A stretch of DNA of 63,862 bases, filler included, from Octopus bimaculoides (lineage: Eukaryota), in NCBI RefSeq assembly GCF_001194135.2. It is 8 parts of 8 records of this genome, joined end to end, with 100 filler letters (N's around TTAATTAATTAA, not from the genome) between each part and the next. Parts side by side here need not be neighbours in the genome. Positions count along the whole stretch, not along the records: positions 36,228 to 42,953 come from NC_068999.1; positions 43,054 to 46,446 come from NC_068985.1; positions 46,547 to 54,520 come from NC_069005.1; 5 more parts are not named here. The stretch is one strand, 5' to 3'. A program made the position numbers and the translations under genes. Shown in pieces: positions 40,709 to 53,574 of the stretch. The notes below the pieces were generated by a model. It ran no database searches. It had not been told where the DNA came from and saw nothing but the letters and a program-made list of their open reading frames with translations. Position 1 is the stretch's first letter; every line of letters starts with the position of its first letter.

Positions 40709-40992
40709 ATGTTCATGTAAATTATTAGATTTGCTATATTATATTCTAGTATATCAAACACATTGCTAAATTGCCAGCATTCGTAAGAAATGAACACGCA
40801 ACATCCATTCATCTATTCATAATTTATATTTATAAATAGACGGGATCGTACATATGACTTGCTTCATTGAGTATCGAATGAAACGATAAATGAAAAATTT
40901 GACACGTAACTTAACACGATATGATATTCAAGCTATTTATTCTATTGCGCAGGAAAATCAGTACTTGCTGCAAATATGGTTAGAGGCCGGCG

Positions 40993-41059
40993 ATAAATAC
41001 TTCCAGGATGATGTTCCCTATTCCATAGGAATAGAAAACATCATCTTGGAAATACTTAT
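40993..41059. other. imperfect palindrome/hairpin, about 32-bp stem
   Basis: TTCCAGGATGATGTTCCCTATTCC-ATA-GGAATAGAAAACATCATCTTGGAA with AT-rich extension. Confidence 0.75.
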
Positions 41060-41116
41060 AAATATACATACTTAAATATAAACAAATATATATATACGTA
41101 CATATATAAATATGTT

Positions 41117-41158
<42 letters not shown>

Positions 41159-42423
41159 AACAAACATAAATGTATATAAATATAAATAGATATATTTGTA
41201 TACTTGTATACATGCATACGTATATTTGTCGAGAACTATAGACATTTAAGATTAGTGCTACATCTTCGCCCGGTCTAGCATTATATCTCTCGCGGAAACT
41301 ACATCATACATGACCAGTAATTGACTCGAAAGCGTGTATTTCAATTAAACATTAATAGCGAGTCCTCAAGTCTAAAATGCTCTGAGCAGCAGATAAAATA
41401 TTTAGGATTGAAAAGGAACTATAGAAAATCTTCGGCCAATTACATAGAATTAATGACATAAAAACTGTGTGTTTCTTAGACATTACAGTGAATATTATGG
41501 CTTTAGGATATGTATGCTCTATGTATTTAAAAATGCTGTTATCACTGATTGTTCATTGATCAAATCTACTCTTAGTGGATCAGTGATGAAATAAGGCTAA
41601 AGATCTACAAAATGAACGACAGCTATTTTCTATATTTCCTGAAAGAAAAATGCGAAAACTTAGCAATATGGAAAATTTTATAATTATGAAGACAAACTAA
41701 TGCAGAGTGAACAACCAATATTTTGAAATCCTCTGCCAGTTGACCCTTCAAATTCGGTATCTCTGAGGTAAAGTTTTTATTTATGTATTTATTGGTAAGT
41801 GCGTGTTCACCGAAGAAAGATCACATAGCAAGGGTACTTTTGATAGTTTACATGTGATAATTCTGCAGAAGAAAATTCTATTAAGTGACTAGCTATTCTA
41901 CCAAGGAATTTCCGTCTAATTATGACGTGTAATACGCTGGCTGGCTGGTGGATTCAGGTTAAATCCCACTCAGTGGCGAAGACATCTGCAGCTAAGCCCT
42001 ACAAAATAGAGAAGAAGCACACAAAATACTTTGCATGATTCATTTTCAGGGAAGTATTTTAAAGTTTGTGTATGTTAACTGCAATAGTGTATACTATGTT
42101 CCAAATAATCTGATGCGCTCTCAGGTTGTTCAAAAATATTTTAATTCTGAATATGATGCTAGAATATAATCGAAAAATTCTCGAGAATCTGCAAAAAGTT
42201 TATAGACACTATATATACACGTCTGACAAGACATGACAACCACATCTTTATAGTTAGAATTAAAGTAAGATGAATGTATAAAATCATTTTAAGTATGTTG
42301 GTGACATGTAAGTACAAGTTATTTTAGGTAGAACATCAACGAAATTAAAAAAAGCATCTTTCTACAAATATTATTTACACACACACAAATATATATATAT
42401 ACTAATTGTGCGTGTTTGTGTGC

Positions 42424-42462
<39 letters not shown>

Positions 42463-42914
42463 TAGATAGATATAGATATATGTATTTATGCATATATTTA
42501 TTATGTATGTTACGTATTTATATCTATATATAAGCTCATCTTGATAAATTTTGTAGCTCTGTTATGACATTTAGGAGAATAAGACTATGACATAAAAAAG
42601 TATTGTAAGATTCCATAGTGTAACATCAATTACGTGTCTAAACTGATATAGTGTATGCGACAGTAATGACTTTAAAAAAATCAATGTGAAACTGGTATAT
42701 GCGACAGACCATAATAATTATTTTAAGTGCATTACTAAAATAGAGGTATGCGACAAATCTCAACTTTCGAACAAACGAAAACTGAAGAAGTAAGCTGTGT
42801 TGAGGTATGGAAGAGTGCATTCTGACATTGCGTTTGTTTGAATGATTATGTATGTTTTAACTGATACTTATGAGTATATCTATACATCTAACCCTCTTTC
42901 TGTCTCTGTCTTCG

Positions 42915-42953
<39 letters not shown>

Positions 42954-43053
42954 NNNNNNNNNNNNNNNNNNNNNNNNNNNNNNNNNNNNNNNNNNNNTTA
43001 ATTAATTAANNNNNNNNNNNNNNNNNNNNNNNNNNNNNNNNNNNNNNNNNNNN

Positions 43054-43333
43054 CAGATACCAGGAAACCCCAAAATGGCTGAAGTCCAAAAGATAGTGCT
43101 CATGGGAACTGCCCATATCCTACGTAAAATACTGTCTATGTGATCTCAAATTTTAAAGCAAACATAATTTTCTTATGGTTTCTTAAACATTCACTTGAAC
43201 AAAACTGTACAAATCCAAATATATGGTACCCTAGGCATAACACCTACATGAACTTCTAACTTGTTGTCTCTTGAGGTCTCTGGGTGAGACTTGGATCCAA
43301 CTTGTACAAATGCAAAACAAAAGTCAAACATAA
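43054..43333 (+). mobile_element. 3' end of a second Dong/R4 subfamily ending in (TAA)n
   Basis: QIPGNPKMAEVQKIVLMGTAHILRKILSM*; 3' UTR with GAGGTCTCTGGGTGAGACTTGG. Confidence 0.85.
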
Positions 43334-43386
<53 letters not shown>

Positions 43387-43980
43387 TAATAATAAACAAC
43401 AATTATAATAATCATATACTATAAGAGCCGCGTCCGTCCATCTATCCGAAGCCACAGTAATTGGATAGAGGAAATGTAGAGTTAGAGAGAGAGAGTGGGA
43501 GGTAGAGCAGTAGAGTTGAGAAGGGGAGAAAGAAAGACAGAGAGAGAGAGACACACAAAGAGTGAGAGAGAACATATGCGTATGTAAAAGGAATGTCTGT
43601 CCGAAGCCATTAGTAATTAGTTAAAGCCGTGATTCCCAACGTGGAGCATGGTAATATTTTGGTGAGGCACGCGTAGGGTGATGTTAAATTTTGTACACAA
43701 TGTTTAGTATGCCGATAGAGAAGGGGGTCAATTCGAGAATGAGTTATTAAAAAACGATACTTTTTGGATAATTTGATCAAATGTTGAACACTTTAGCGAC
43801 AACAGGTCTTTTTCATCATATTCATAAGATCAGATGTCACTAAAGAGGGAATAGATAATTTCCTTCCATTTAGTGGTATATGAAATCATGCAGGAATTAC
43901 AAACGCGCGCGTGCGCGCTTTTGTGTGTACGTACGTGCGTGCATGCGTGTATGTAGTACTACAGAAATACCTACTTCAGA

Positions 43981-44938
43981 AGCAAGGAAAGCTAATACAA
44001 GCAGCCACAAAGCACAAACAAAAATCTTTTTTCAGGCTTTCAGGAATCTGAGAAAAAGAAAACAAAAAAAAAAAGAAGTCATATTACCTAAAAATTATAA
44101 AGAAGAAGAAAAGCCGAAAGCTGTTAAACAACTGGAATCCAAACTAAAACTGGCGCAGCAACAGATCATGATAAAACGATATCAAGAAAAGCCCCTACAG
44201 GGCAAATATTGGGTTAAGCTAAACAGAAAAGAAATAGACAAAGTAAAATCCCAACAATAGCTGAGACTCAAAGCAGAGACTAAAGGAGTTTTCTTTGCAG
44301 CACAAGATCAAAGCCTTCCCACCATAAATCACTCAAAAACGTGTTATGAAATGAAATACAAGTTACTTTGGAGTATGTGGTGATGGACAAGAGACAATAA
44401 ACCATATTGTCCCTTCTGGCCAGTCTTAGTTAAGAAGGAATATATTCCCAGACACGACAGAGTTGGGACCTATATACACGCATGCGTGTGTATAATGCTT
44501 TGTATTTTGAAAGCAGTCATACTCTGGAATATGCCAATACGTTTAGATAATGAAATTAAGGCCAATAAGTTGGATATAATTGTCAGAGATAACCAAGAAG
44601 AAAAAATGCTTTCTAATCGATCTATCAATACCAACAGATAACAATGTTTCTCTAAAAGAAACGGAGAAACTTTCAAAATAAAAGATCGGGAAATAGAGGT
44701 AACTCGAATGTGGAGTCTAAAAACAGAAAAAATTCCTATCGCATTAGGTATGATAAAAAAAATTCAGACATATACATAACAATAACACCAATATCACTGT
44801 TATGCACCGTACACATCCGACATAAAACACTTTCAACATAGTGAAAATAAGAGCACCACAACAAACCACAGCACATACCAAAGGCACACAGTGCTGCGAT
44901 CGGTAGTGCAGTGAAAGCATGTGATAAAAATAACACTA

Positions 44939-44941
<3 letters not shown>
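43981..44941 (+). mobile_element. Dong/R4-clade 3' part (CCHC knuckle, RLE, 3' UTR), degenerate
   Basis: PLQGKYW, LKAETKG..FAAQDQSL, CG..QETINHI....RHDRVG..IH, KANKLDIIVRD, TRMWSLKTEKIP; ends at (TAA)n. Confidence 0.88.

Positions 44942-45021
<80 letters not shown>
44942..45021. repeat. (TAA)n array (others at 33254, 33709, 36620, 37605, 43334, 49150)
   Basis: Direct tandem repeat at retroelement junctions. Confidence 0.95.
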
Positions 45022-45022
<1 letters not shown>

Positions 45023-46212
45023 TCGAGACACGGTTACAGAAGACATTAAAATCCCTTCATGGTCATGAACCAATACTTTGGTTACGGTTCATTGATGACG
45101 TCTTTTTTGTCTGCGAAGGATCACAGGATAGTTTACTTGAGTTCTTGCATTTCTCTGACTGTTATGCTAAAAACTATGGCATTAAGTCCAACATAAAATT
45201 TACGTCTAGTTTTTCAAAAACTAGCATTGAATTTTTGGTCACAAAAGTTAAGTTTTCTGGAGGCAGAATAGTGACAGAATTATTTTGCAAGCCCATGTCA
45301 TCCCACATTTATCTCCAACGCCGGTCCGATCATTCACATCATATCATTCGGTCAAATCCGAATTCTTAATTTTTGAGGATAAAACGGACTTGTACTGACA
45401 TGTAGGGGATTACTGGAAACATGCAAATGCTTTTGTATATCATTATGTCAAACGCGGTTACAGTGAATCACGATTAAAGGAAATAATAAATGAAATAGCT
45501 AAGATTAGCAAAGATAGTGAAACCTTCACGCATAATTTTAGCAAACACAGTACAATAATAGATGACAGAATTCCTTTAGTGTTTAACTGGCACCGAAAAT
45601 TCTCTAGCATTTCAAAAGTGTTGTATGAAAGTTACCAGCATGTGGCGAAAAATATCTGCGTTTCAAACGAATACTTCCCCAGTCGCCTTTTGTAGCCTTT
45701 AGACGGAATAAGATTATAACAGAATTATTGACGTCTATTTCTGACTCCAAGAAAACGAACATTGGAGTACCTACACGCTGTACCTTGAAAAACAGCTGCA
45801 AGAGAGGTAAGCCCTGTTCATTGTGCAACAACATGAGTCAAGTGAATTGCATTAGGAATCATAACAGAAATGTTACGATTTATACAAAAGGTGGGACATA
45901 TAGAGCTTCACATTTCGAGTACGCAGACGAATGCACGAAACACAACTTGATTATTTTGGTTGTACATACAACTGAACAACTAAAACAAATTATTTAATGG
46001 GCACAGATATGACGTCGGGCACAATAACAGTAGTTTGGCAGAACTTGCTGAATATTTTACATCAAACAGCTGCAATTTTGAAAACGACTTGAAAGTGCAT
46101 ATTCTCAGAAAATATTCTGATTCTACTTCATTTTCACTTCTCAAAATACACGAGGAGAAATATATTTGCGAGTTATTAAGATGAAGCCCTGGAGAAATGA
46201 ATAAAATGGAGA
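45022..46212 (+). mobile_element. 5'-truncated Neptune-type Penelope-like element (RT C-terminal half plus GIY-YIG), same family as 34888-36127
   Basis: HGHEPILWLRFIDDVFF, KPMSSHIYL, CKRGKPCSLC, EQLKQ..NGHRYD, decayed P.GMN end. Confidence 0.9.
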
Positions 46213-46217
46213 TTACT

Positions 46218-46440
46218 CTTACTCTTTTACTTGTTTCAGTCATTTGATTGCGGCCATGCTGGAGTACGGCCTTTAGTCGAGCAAATCGACCCCAGGACTT
46301 ATTTTTTGAAAGTCTAGTACTTCTTCTATCGGTCTCTTTTGCTGAACCGCTAAGTTACAGGGACGTATACACACCAGCATATGTTGTCAAGCGATGTTGG
46401 GGGGGGGGAACACAGGCACACACACACACATATATATATA
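46218..46440 (-). mobile_element. SINE family A 3' half
   Basis: Homology to 690-890; head lost in the gap. Confidence 0.8.
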
Positions 46441-46546
46441 TATATANNNNNNNNNNNNNNNNNNNNNNNNNNNNNNNNNNNNNNNNNNNNTTAATTAATT
46501 AANNNNNNNNNNNNNNNNNNNNNNNNNNNNNNNNNNNNNNNNNNNN

Positions 46547-46850
46547 GTGCAAGTGGTTGAGCACTCCACAGACACGTGTACCCTTAACGTAGTTCTCGGA
46601 GAGATTCAGCGTGACACAGTGTGACAAGGCTGACCCTTTGAATTACAGGCACAACAGAAACAGGAAGTAAGAGTGAGAGAAAGTTGTGGTGAAAGAGTAC
46701 AGCAGGGTTCGCCACCGTCCTCTGCCGGAGCCTCGTGGAGCTTTAGGTGTTTTCGCTCAATAAACACTAACAACGCCCGGTCTGGGAATCGAAATCGAGA
46801 TCCTATGACCGCGAGTCCGCTGCCCTAACCACTGGGCTTTTGCGCCTCCA
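46547..46850 (-). mobile_element. tRNA-derived SINE family C
   Basis: Head CCCAGTGGTTAGGGCAGCGGACTCGCGGTCATAGGATCTCGATTTCGATTCCCAG with A/B boxes followed by a non-tRNA body. Confidence 0.75.
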
Positions 46851-47066
46851 CATATATATGTATGCATGTATATATATATATATATGTGTGTATATATATG
46901 CACATATATATGTACGTATATATATATAGATGTATTTCTATAGACATATATGTATACATCTATAAGAATAGATGTATATGTATAGATTTATATGCATATA
47001 TGTATATATAGATGTGTATATGCATGTATATATATATGTATATATATGGGTATATATATATATATG

Positions 47067-47103
<37 letters not shown>

Positions 47104-47262
47104 GTGTATATATGTGTATATATATGTTTGTATATATATGTATATATATACATTTATATATATGTATGTAGATATATATGTATGCATGTATATATGTGTA
47201 TATATATGTATGTGTATGTATATATATGTATATTTATAGATATATATGTAGAGATGTATATA

Positions 47263-47306
<44 letters not shown>

Positions 47307-47375
47307 TGTAAATATTGCTTTATATGGATATATATATGTATATGTATGTATATATGTATATATATAGATGTACAT

Positions 47376-47620
47376 GTAAAATGTGGAAGTGCGTGCCTCT
47401 CAGTTGGAGGTCTAAAAAGACATGTTAAGACAGTGCATATGGTGGCACCTGTTTCTCCTGCCAGCCAGCACAGTTGTCTAGTATGTAATAAAATGTGTAA
47501 AAGCTTGGCCAGGCTTAAAAGTCATATAAGGGCATCACATGGCAACAATCATGAATCATTTCAGTAAGTCTTCCTGGCAATGGATTTTCTCGCGTAACGA
47601 GGATGCAGCTGTGTGATGTG

Positions 47621-47625
<5 letters not shown>
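47376..47625 (+). mobile_element. 3' end of the RTE-like LINE with two C2H2-type fingers (second copy)
   Basis: KCGSACLSVGGLKRHVKTVH...CLVCNKMCKSLARLKSHIRASH; CTCG-CGTAA-CGAG stem-loop. Confidence 0.65.
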
Positions 47626-47653
<28 letters not shown>

Positions 47654-48169
47654 AACGCACAAAGTAGCCATGCATATAATATTATAAAAAACCTGACCAC
47701 TAGCATAGAGAGAAGAATTAATCTAGTTCTATATTTAAGAGATGTGGAATTATGTACATTATTTACATTATTTACATTTGGCGGATACACACACACACAC
47801 ATACATACTATGAGAGATATCCGGCGTTGCTCGGGATTAAAATGACATAGTTTTTATTGTTTTTACTTGTGATTATAAATTCTCGATATAACTGAACATT
47901 TTCGTGCAACCCATGTATATATATCTAGAGGAGTCCCGAGTAATATTAGTTGCTTGGTATACAACTTCTTTCATTTTAAAATTTCTCTCTACTTCACAGA
48001 CATTTGTGTCTCTACGATTACGATTTGAATTAGTGGGTAGTACTATGGTGTTATGTCTATATTTCGGTGGGGAAATGGAGTTATGGTTATTATCAGTATA
48101 GTAGTTGTTAATTATAGGATTATTGGAGGTACTAGGTACAGTTATCGTAGATTTTTCTTTTATTATAGG

Positions 48170-49015
48170 ATAGATCCAGTTTCTTGTTGTTAAAAGAAGA
48201 AATTATCCTAAAGAGATTTGGAGAAACTGAAAATCCAAATCTAATTGTTTTATTATTAAATATTTTAGCATATTTAGAATTTTTGAAGTTATTATTAATT
48301 ATCATTCTAATGGACCTAATAAAGTTAGATTTTAGATGTTTGGCAAAAGGGATTATGATCCAAGTATATTATTGCTGTTTGTTTTATTGGAATGTTGGGT
48401 TGTGTTTGGATTGGGGTCAGCTATTCTCACACAAGGTATTGGTTTCTTTTTTGCTATTCTATTCCCATCTTTATTAACTTGAGTTCTAAGGTTATGTCTA
48501 TTGAAGGAATTTGGTGAGCTTAGATTATTTACATTTTTTCTGTTTATTGGCTTAATATTCCTAATTTTATCCATAATTATACAGTTTTGGTGCTTGTTGT
48601 CAGTATTCTTAGTTTTATTAATATTAGTGCTGTTAGTGAGGTTGGAATTACTAAAATTTATTTTATTCTTTCCGTTAGTAAAGTTATGGTTGTGGTGCTC
48701 GTATTGATTAAGTTTATTAGTATGTTTATTGTAGTTGTGATTTTCGTGTTTTTTGCTAATGTTATGTTGATGACTATTGTTGAGAGTTTTTGTTATACGT
48801 TTATTGGTGTGTGCTAATTCATCAGGTGACTTAGGTTCACTAATATTATCTACGTTATTCGTTTCAAGATAAAGTTTGATATTATTAGTTTTGATGCTGT
48901 CATTTTTATTATACTTAACTTCATATTTATATACTGCCTTCTTAAGTGCTAGGTTATAATAGTCTTTATGTTTGCTAAATATTTCTTCATTAGATGATAA
49001 TAGATTAATTCTTCA
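48170..49015 (-). mobile_element. Penelope-like element fragment (WFNPP-type), RT thumb to pre-GIY-YIG region
   Basis: RINLLSSNEEIFSKHKDYYNLALKKAVY, N/T-rich linker, WIIIPFAKHLKSNFIRSIRMIINNNFKNSKYAKIFNNKTIRFGFSVSPNLFRIISSFNNKKL. Confidence 0.65.
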
Positions 49016-49059
49016 TTATTTACATTTGACGGATATTTGTCCTCATCTTTTTTGTTGTT

Positions 49060-49105
49060 AACACAACGTTTCGGCTGATATACCCTCCATCCGTCATCAG
49101 GTGTC
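49060..49105 (-). ncRNA. minimal type I hammerhead ribozyme in a putative Penelope pLTR
   Basis: GACAC-CTGATGA-C-GGATG(gagggtatat)CAGCC-GAAACGTT-GTGTT; palindromic ACGT stem III; GUU triplet; one mismatch in stem II. Confidence 0.65.
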
Positions 49106-49178
49106 TTGGGGAAATTTCGAACTTGGGTTCTCATTCCTAAGGTATTTTTCAATGTTATCATTATTATTATTATTATTA

Positions 49179-49234
<56 letters not shown>

Positions 49235-49237
49235 GTT

Positions 49238-49350
49238 CAGTAGTTTTATTTTTATAACGTGCTTTCACTTCACTACCGAGCGCAGCTCTGTGCGCCTTGG
49301 GTATGTACTGTGGTTTGCTGTGGTGCTCTTATGTTTACTGTATTGAAAGT
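49238..49350 (-). mobile_element. Dong/R4 3' UTR ending in (TAA)n
   Basis: Near-identical to 36747-36870. Confidence 0.8.
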
Positions 49351-49452
49351 AAATGAAGTTTATCTCCACACATTTTTATGTCAGAATACGAGTCAATTAC
49401 GTTAGTGCTACAGCGTTGCAGAAAGTGTCTGTGGGTTAAGTAAAAACACTTA

Positions 49453-51835
49453 CAGTGATACCTCGCAGTACGAGTCTAATTCGTTCCATCACCGAGCTCG
49501 TTTTACGATTTACTCGTTTTACGAATCAATTTTCCCCATTGAAATTAACTAAAATATAATTAATCAGTTCCAGCCCCCAAAAACCACCCAAAGATAATTT
49601 TTTTATGGGTTCTAAAACACAAAAGGTGTAGTTACAAATAAAATGACAATTTTAAAAAAGAGAATGCAAAAGAAATATGTAAACTGGTTTTATTAACTGA
49701 ATTACTTTAAAGGTGAGACGATTTGTGTGCGAGGAAGACGATAGAGCGGGGTGGAGGAGGATTATTGTCTGGAAGGAGATTTCTTTCTATTAAGACTTCA
49801 GGAAGAACAATTTCTGACGTCTTCTCTCTCACATCGCTTAATTTAGGCTTTTGGGACACACTTTCTTCACTTTTTACATTTGCAGGTCGTTTCATTAGAA
49901 ACGTATCAAGAGAAGTCTGCTTTTTCCTACCTTTCATAATGTTACGAACATGCCAGAGCAGTGCCATTAAATAAAGCAGCTGCACGACCAGTAGCTACTT
50001 TTTCAGGATGATATTTTTCTACAAATTCAGAAACATACTGCCACTTTGCCAAGAATACCTTTATGTCATTCGTAGAGATAGCATTCTCCGCTACACTGTC
50101 CTCCTCCGGGGAACCAATCTCTTCCACCGCATCCAAATGCTGCTGCACCTGAAGCTGCAGGGGTTCATCTGTCGTCAATTCCTCTGAGTGGTCCTCGACC
50201 ATATCGTTAATGTCCCCATCATCAACCTCGAGGCTCGTGGACTTGCCAAGAGACACTATCTCCTCGAGTACAGGTGTCTCAGACTCAAACTCTCGAAGTT
50301 TCTTTCGGATACAGAGTCTATGTCACAGTTTCCTCCAAGCAGAATTCAGCGTTCTCCTCATTACACCCTGCAGGCCATACGATGATTTTCAGGCAGTTTA
50401 CAATGTTGCAGTGCTCCTTCTAAAACTCACGAAGCATTAGATTTGTATTTTTGGTGACTTTAAAGCACCGGCGAAACAGGTGTTTGGTGTACAATTTCTT
50501 AAAATTAGAAATCACCTGTTGGTCCATGGGCTTCAAGACAGGGGTAATGTTGCGTGAAAGATACATAACTTATATAAATTTAAATTCGTCTAGGATACCA
50601 TCTTCGAGGTTAGAAGGGTGAGCAGGAGTATTGTCGAGGAAGAAGAGGGCCTTGAGAGGAAGACTGTTCTCCAGAAGGTACTTTTTCACTACTGGTCCGA
50701 TGACAAGGTTGACCCACTCGGAGAATTGCCTGGTGATCCAGGCTTTAACTTTGCCCTCCACATGACTTGCAGCTTCTCCTTCAGAATTTTGTGCAACTTG
50801 AACGCTAGTGGGTTTTCGGAATGGTAGACAAGGAACGGCTTAATCTTCAAGTCTCCACTCGCGTTGGCACAAAGGGCGAGAGTTAACCTATCTTTCATAG
50901 GCTTGTAACCTGGCATTTTCTTCTCCTCTGCAACTACATAGGTTCTTCTGGGCATATTTATCAAAAAAAGGCCAGTTTCATCACAGTTGAATACCTGTTG
51001 TGCGATGTACCCCTCGGCTGTGATGAGCTGACGGAATTCACGCACGAAATCTTCAGCTACCTTAGTGTCAGAACTCACTGCTTCTCCATACCTGACGACG
51101 TTATGAACACCAGGCCTCTTCTTGAAATTATCGAATCAACTGCAATGCGTCTGCTGATGTCTCCTCTGTCGATGTTCCAGGGTTCTGCTTCAAGAGATTC
51201 CCATACACCGCTCGTGCTTTCTTGCAGATGTTGATTTCCGTAATCATATCCCCTGCGAGCTGCTTCTCGTTGATCTACAGAAGAAGCAATTTTTCCAACC
51301 TTTTGTGAACAGATGCGCGTTGCTTAGAGAGCCTAGAGACAGTCATTGCTGTTGTAACGGCCTTGATCTCGTCCTTTTTCGCCAGGATGGTGCAGATCGT
51401 CGACGTGCTTCGGTCGTATTGACGTGCTATATCATCTATACACACTTCTCTCTCATATTTATCAATGAGTTCCTTCTTCAATTCTATCCAAATCAGCTTT
51501 TTTTTTCTTCTCAGCACTGTCCTTTGCACTAATCTTCTTAGGACCCTTGGCTAATTATTATAAAATAATTAAAAAATGCACAAAACTAAGCAAAAACACT
51601 GGAAAAAATATAACAGGGATGCTGGCACGAGATAAACACGTGAACTGAGTGAGCGGAGACTGCGCTTGTTGGGAGAGCGTGTGCGAGCTCAGCGCTGACT
51701 AACGGTCACTTGTATGAAACTCGCTCGTACTGCAGATTTCCGCTCGTACTTCAAGACAGAAATTCGCACGATCCTCGGCTCGTACAGCAAATTACTCGTA
51801 CGATAGTGCACTCGTACTGCGATGTTCTACTACTG
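49453..51835 (-). mobile_element. near-complete Tigger/pogo (TIGD1-like) DNA transposon with disrupted transposase
   Basis: TA flanks at both ends; TIRs CAGTGATACCTCGCAGTACGAGT and CAGTAGTAGAACATCGCAGTACGAGT; psq-HTH, NCDETGLF, LDNTPAHP..36..PMDQ triad; stops and frameshifts. Confidence 0.92.
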
Positions 51836-53358
51836 TATTTAAATAACTAATCACAATCCGACTATAATGTGGCTGTGAGATAGAATCGTATTGTGATAGT
51901 GTGACAGGTAGTAGAGTGACAATTCTGTACTATTGAAATGTCTTTTATTGTAGCGTGGTAATATAAAAGTGTGGTAGAGTGGAAATCCGATATTGAGACA
52001 ATGTGGTTGCATGGAAGTTGGAAGTGGAGCAATGCAATATTCTAGAAGGTAATGTGGTAGTTTAGGTGACAGTTTTAATCTGTCTTTGATTTTGTTGAAA
52101 TTCGGTTTATTCCTAAAAGTTAGCATCTTGTTTACTTCGATCAACCGATCTTAATAGAGTTATGTATCTTGTTTTTATTTATTTTTTGTTTTCAAATTAT
52201 AAACTTTCTTAACGGTATCTTTCGTCTACTGATTGTTTGAATAATTTCAGTTGATCGAAATTTTTCGACTCACTTTATTACATATGTGAAATCCTTCTGT
52301 ATATGATTTTAGTGTATAGAACCTTCTTTGAGGTATATTCCTTTACCATATTGCTCATACTCATAACTGATGTTAATATAAATATACTATATTGATCACG
52401 CTTAGTCTTGCGCCATCCTTCAGACACCACATTCACTCAAGCTGCATTGTCTATCTTTATCAAACACTTCGATTAGCTATCTTATTGAAATTACTTCCCT
52501 CGCTTATTGTTTTCAGAATTTAAGCATCCATAAAAGGTAACCTCAGTTGATCGAAGTTTTTTTTATATGAACGTACTGGGTGTGTATTTTAAACAAAGGA
52601 CTTCTTCCTTGAGATATTTTCCTCTCGTCACATTATTGCTTTCTAATATTACCCATGTAAGTTGGTAACTTCTGTGTTTCGTGGTTGTGAAATGGTGCTG
52701 ACCACATTTGAATTTATTCCTTTGGGAACCATCGCATTGATTTTCCTAGGCACACAACATTCCTGACGTCAGTAACCAATTATTTTCGGTTGCTATTTCT
52801 AGCATATCGAGCAACTGTGTGGAATCTTTTTTAGTGAGACTGCGTCGTATAGTCTTGTTGGGTAAAGATAGGGATAGAATGGTGGTGGAGTAGTGGTGGT
52901 AGGTTGGGATGGTGATGGTAGTCTGTGTGCGTTTGTGTTGTGTGAGTGTATGAGCTTAGGATGTATCTGTATAAGTACTGTATAAGTACTGGTCACGATG
53001 TTTTCGGCTAAAATTCTTCAAAACAACGCCTCAGGATGTCCGCAGTCTAATTACTGAAACAAGAATAAAGAAAAATATTTTTCCGAGAGGAAAAGAAAAG
53101 TTATTTCTCATGGATTGATGTTAGCTATGGGTGGAGCGTATAAGTTGTGTGTGAGTGTATGTATGTATATATCGTTCCCCTGTTTAAAAGTGGACATGAC
53201 CATATCACCAAAACGAATCTCCGCTCATGAAAGTAGATTCCCAAAATTTCGTGCTGCCCAAAGTGCCACGCAATGGGATTGAACCCGGAACCATGTGGTT
53301 GGTACGCAAGCTACTTACCATACAGCCACTCCTGCGTCTCTCTCTCTCTCTCTCTCTT

Positions 53359-53396
<38 letters not shown>

Positions 53397-53574
53397 NNNN
53401 NNNNNNNNNNNNNNNNNNNNNNNNNNNNNNNNNNNNNNNNNNNNNNNNNNNNNNNNNNNNNNNNNNNNNNNNNNNNNNNNNNNNNNNNNNNNNNNNNNNN
53501 NNNNNNNNNNNNNNNNNNNNNNNNNNNNNNNNNNNNNNNNNNNNNNNNNNNNNNNNNNNNNNNNNNNNNNNNNN

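Noticed and set aside
46790-46850. tRNA gene (also 18576, 469)
   Set aside because: The tRNA-like heads continue into SINE bodies and lack a complete acceptor stem
47178-47567. C2H2 zinc-finger host gene
   Set aside because: No TGEKP linkers or splice sites; a second decayed copy and a LINE-type 3' stem-loop indicate a retroelement
51850-52560. Additional Penelope RT-thumb remnant on the minus strand
   Set aside because: Only weak motif similarity (GIYLKEGSIH); too decayed to call
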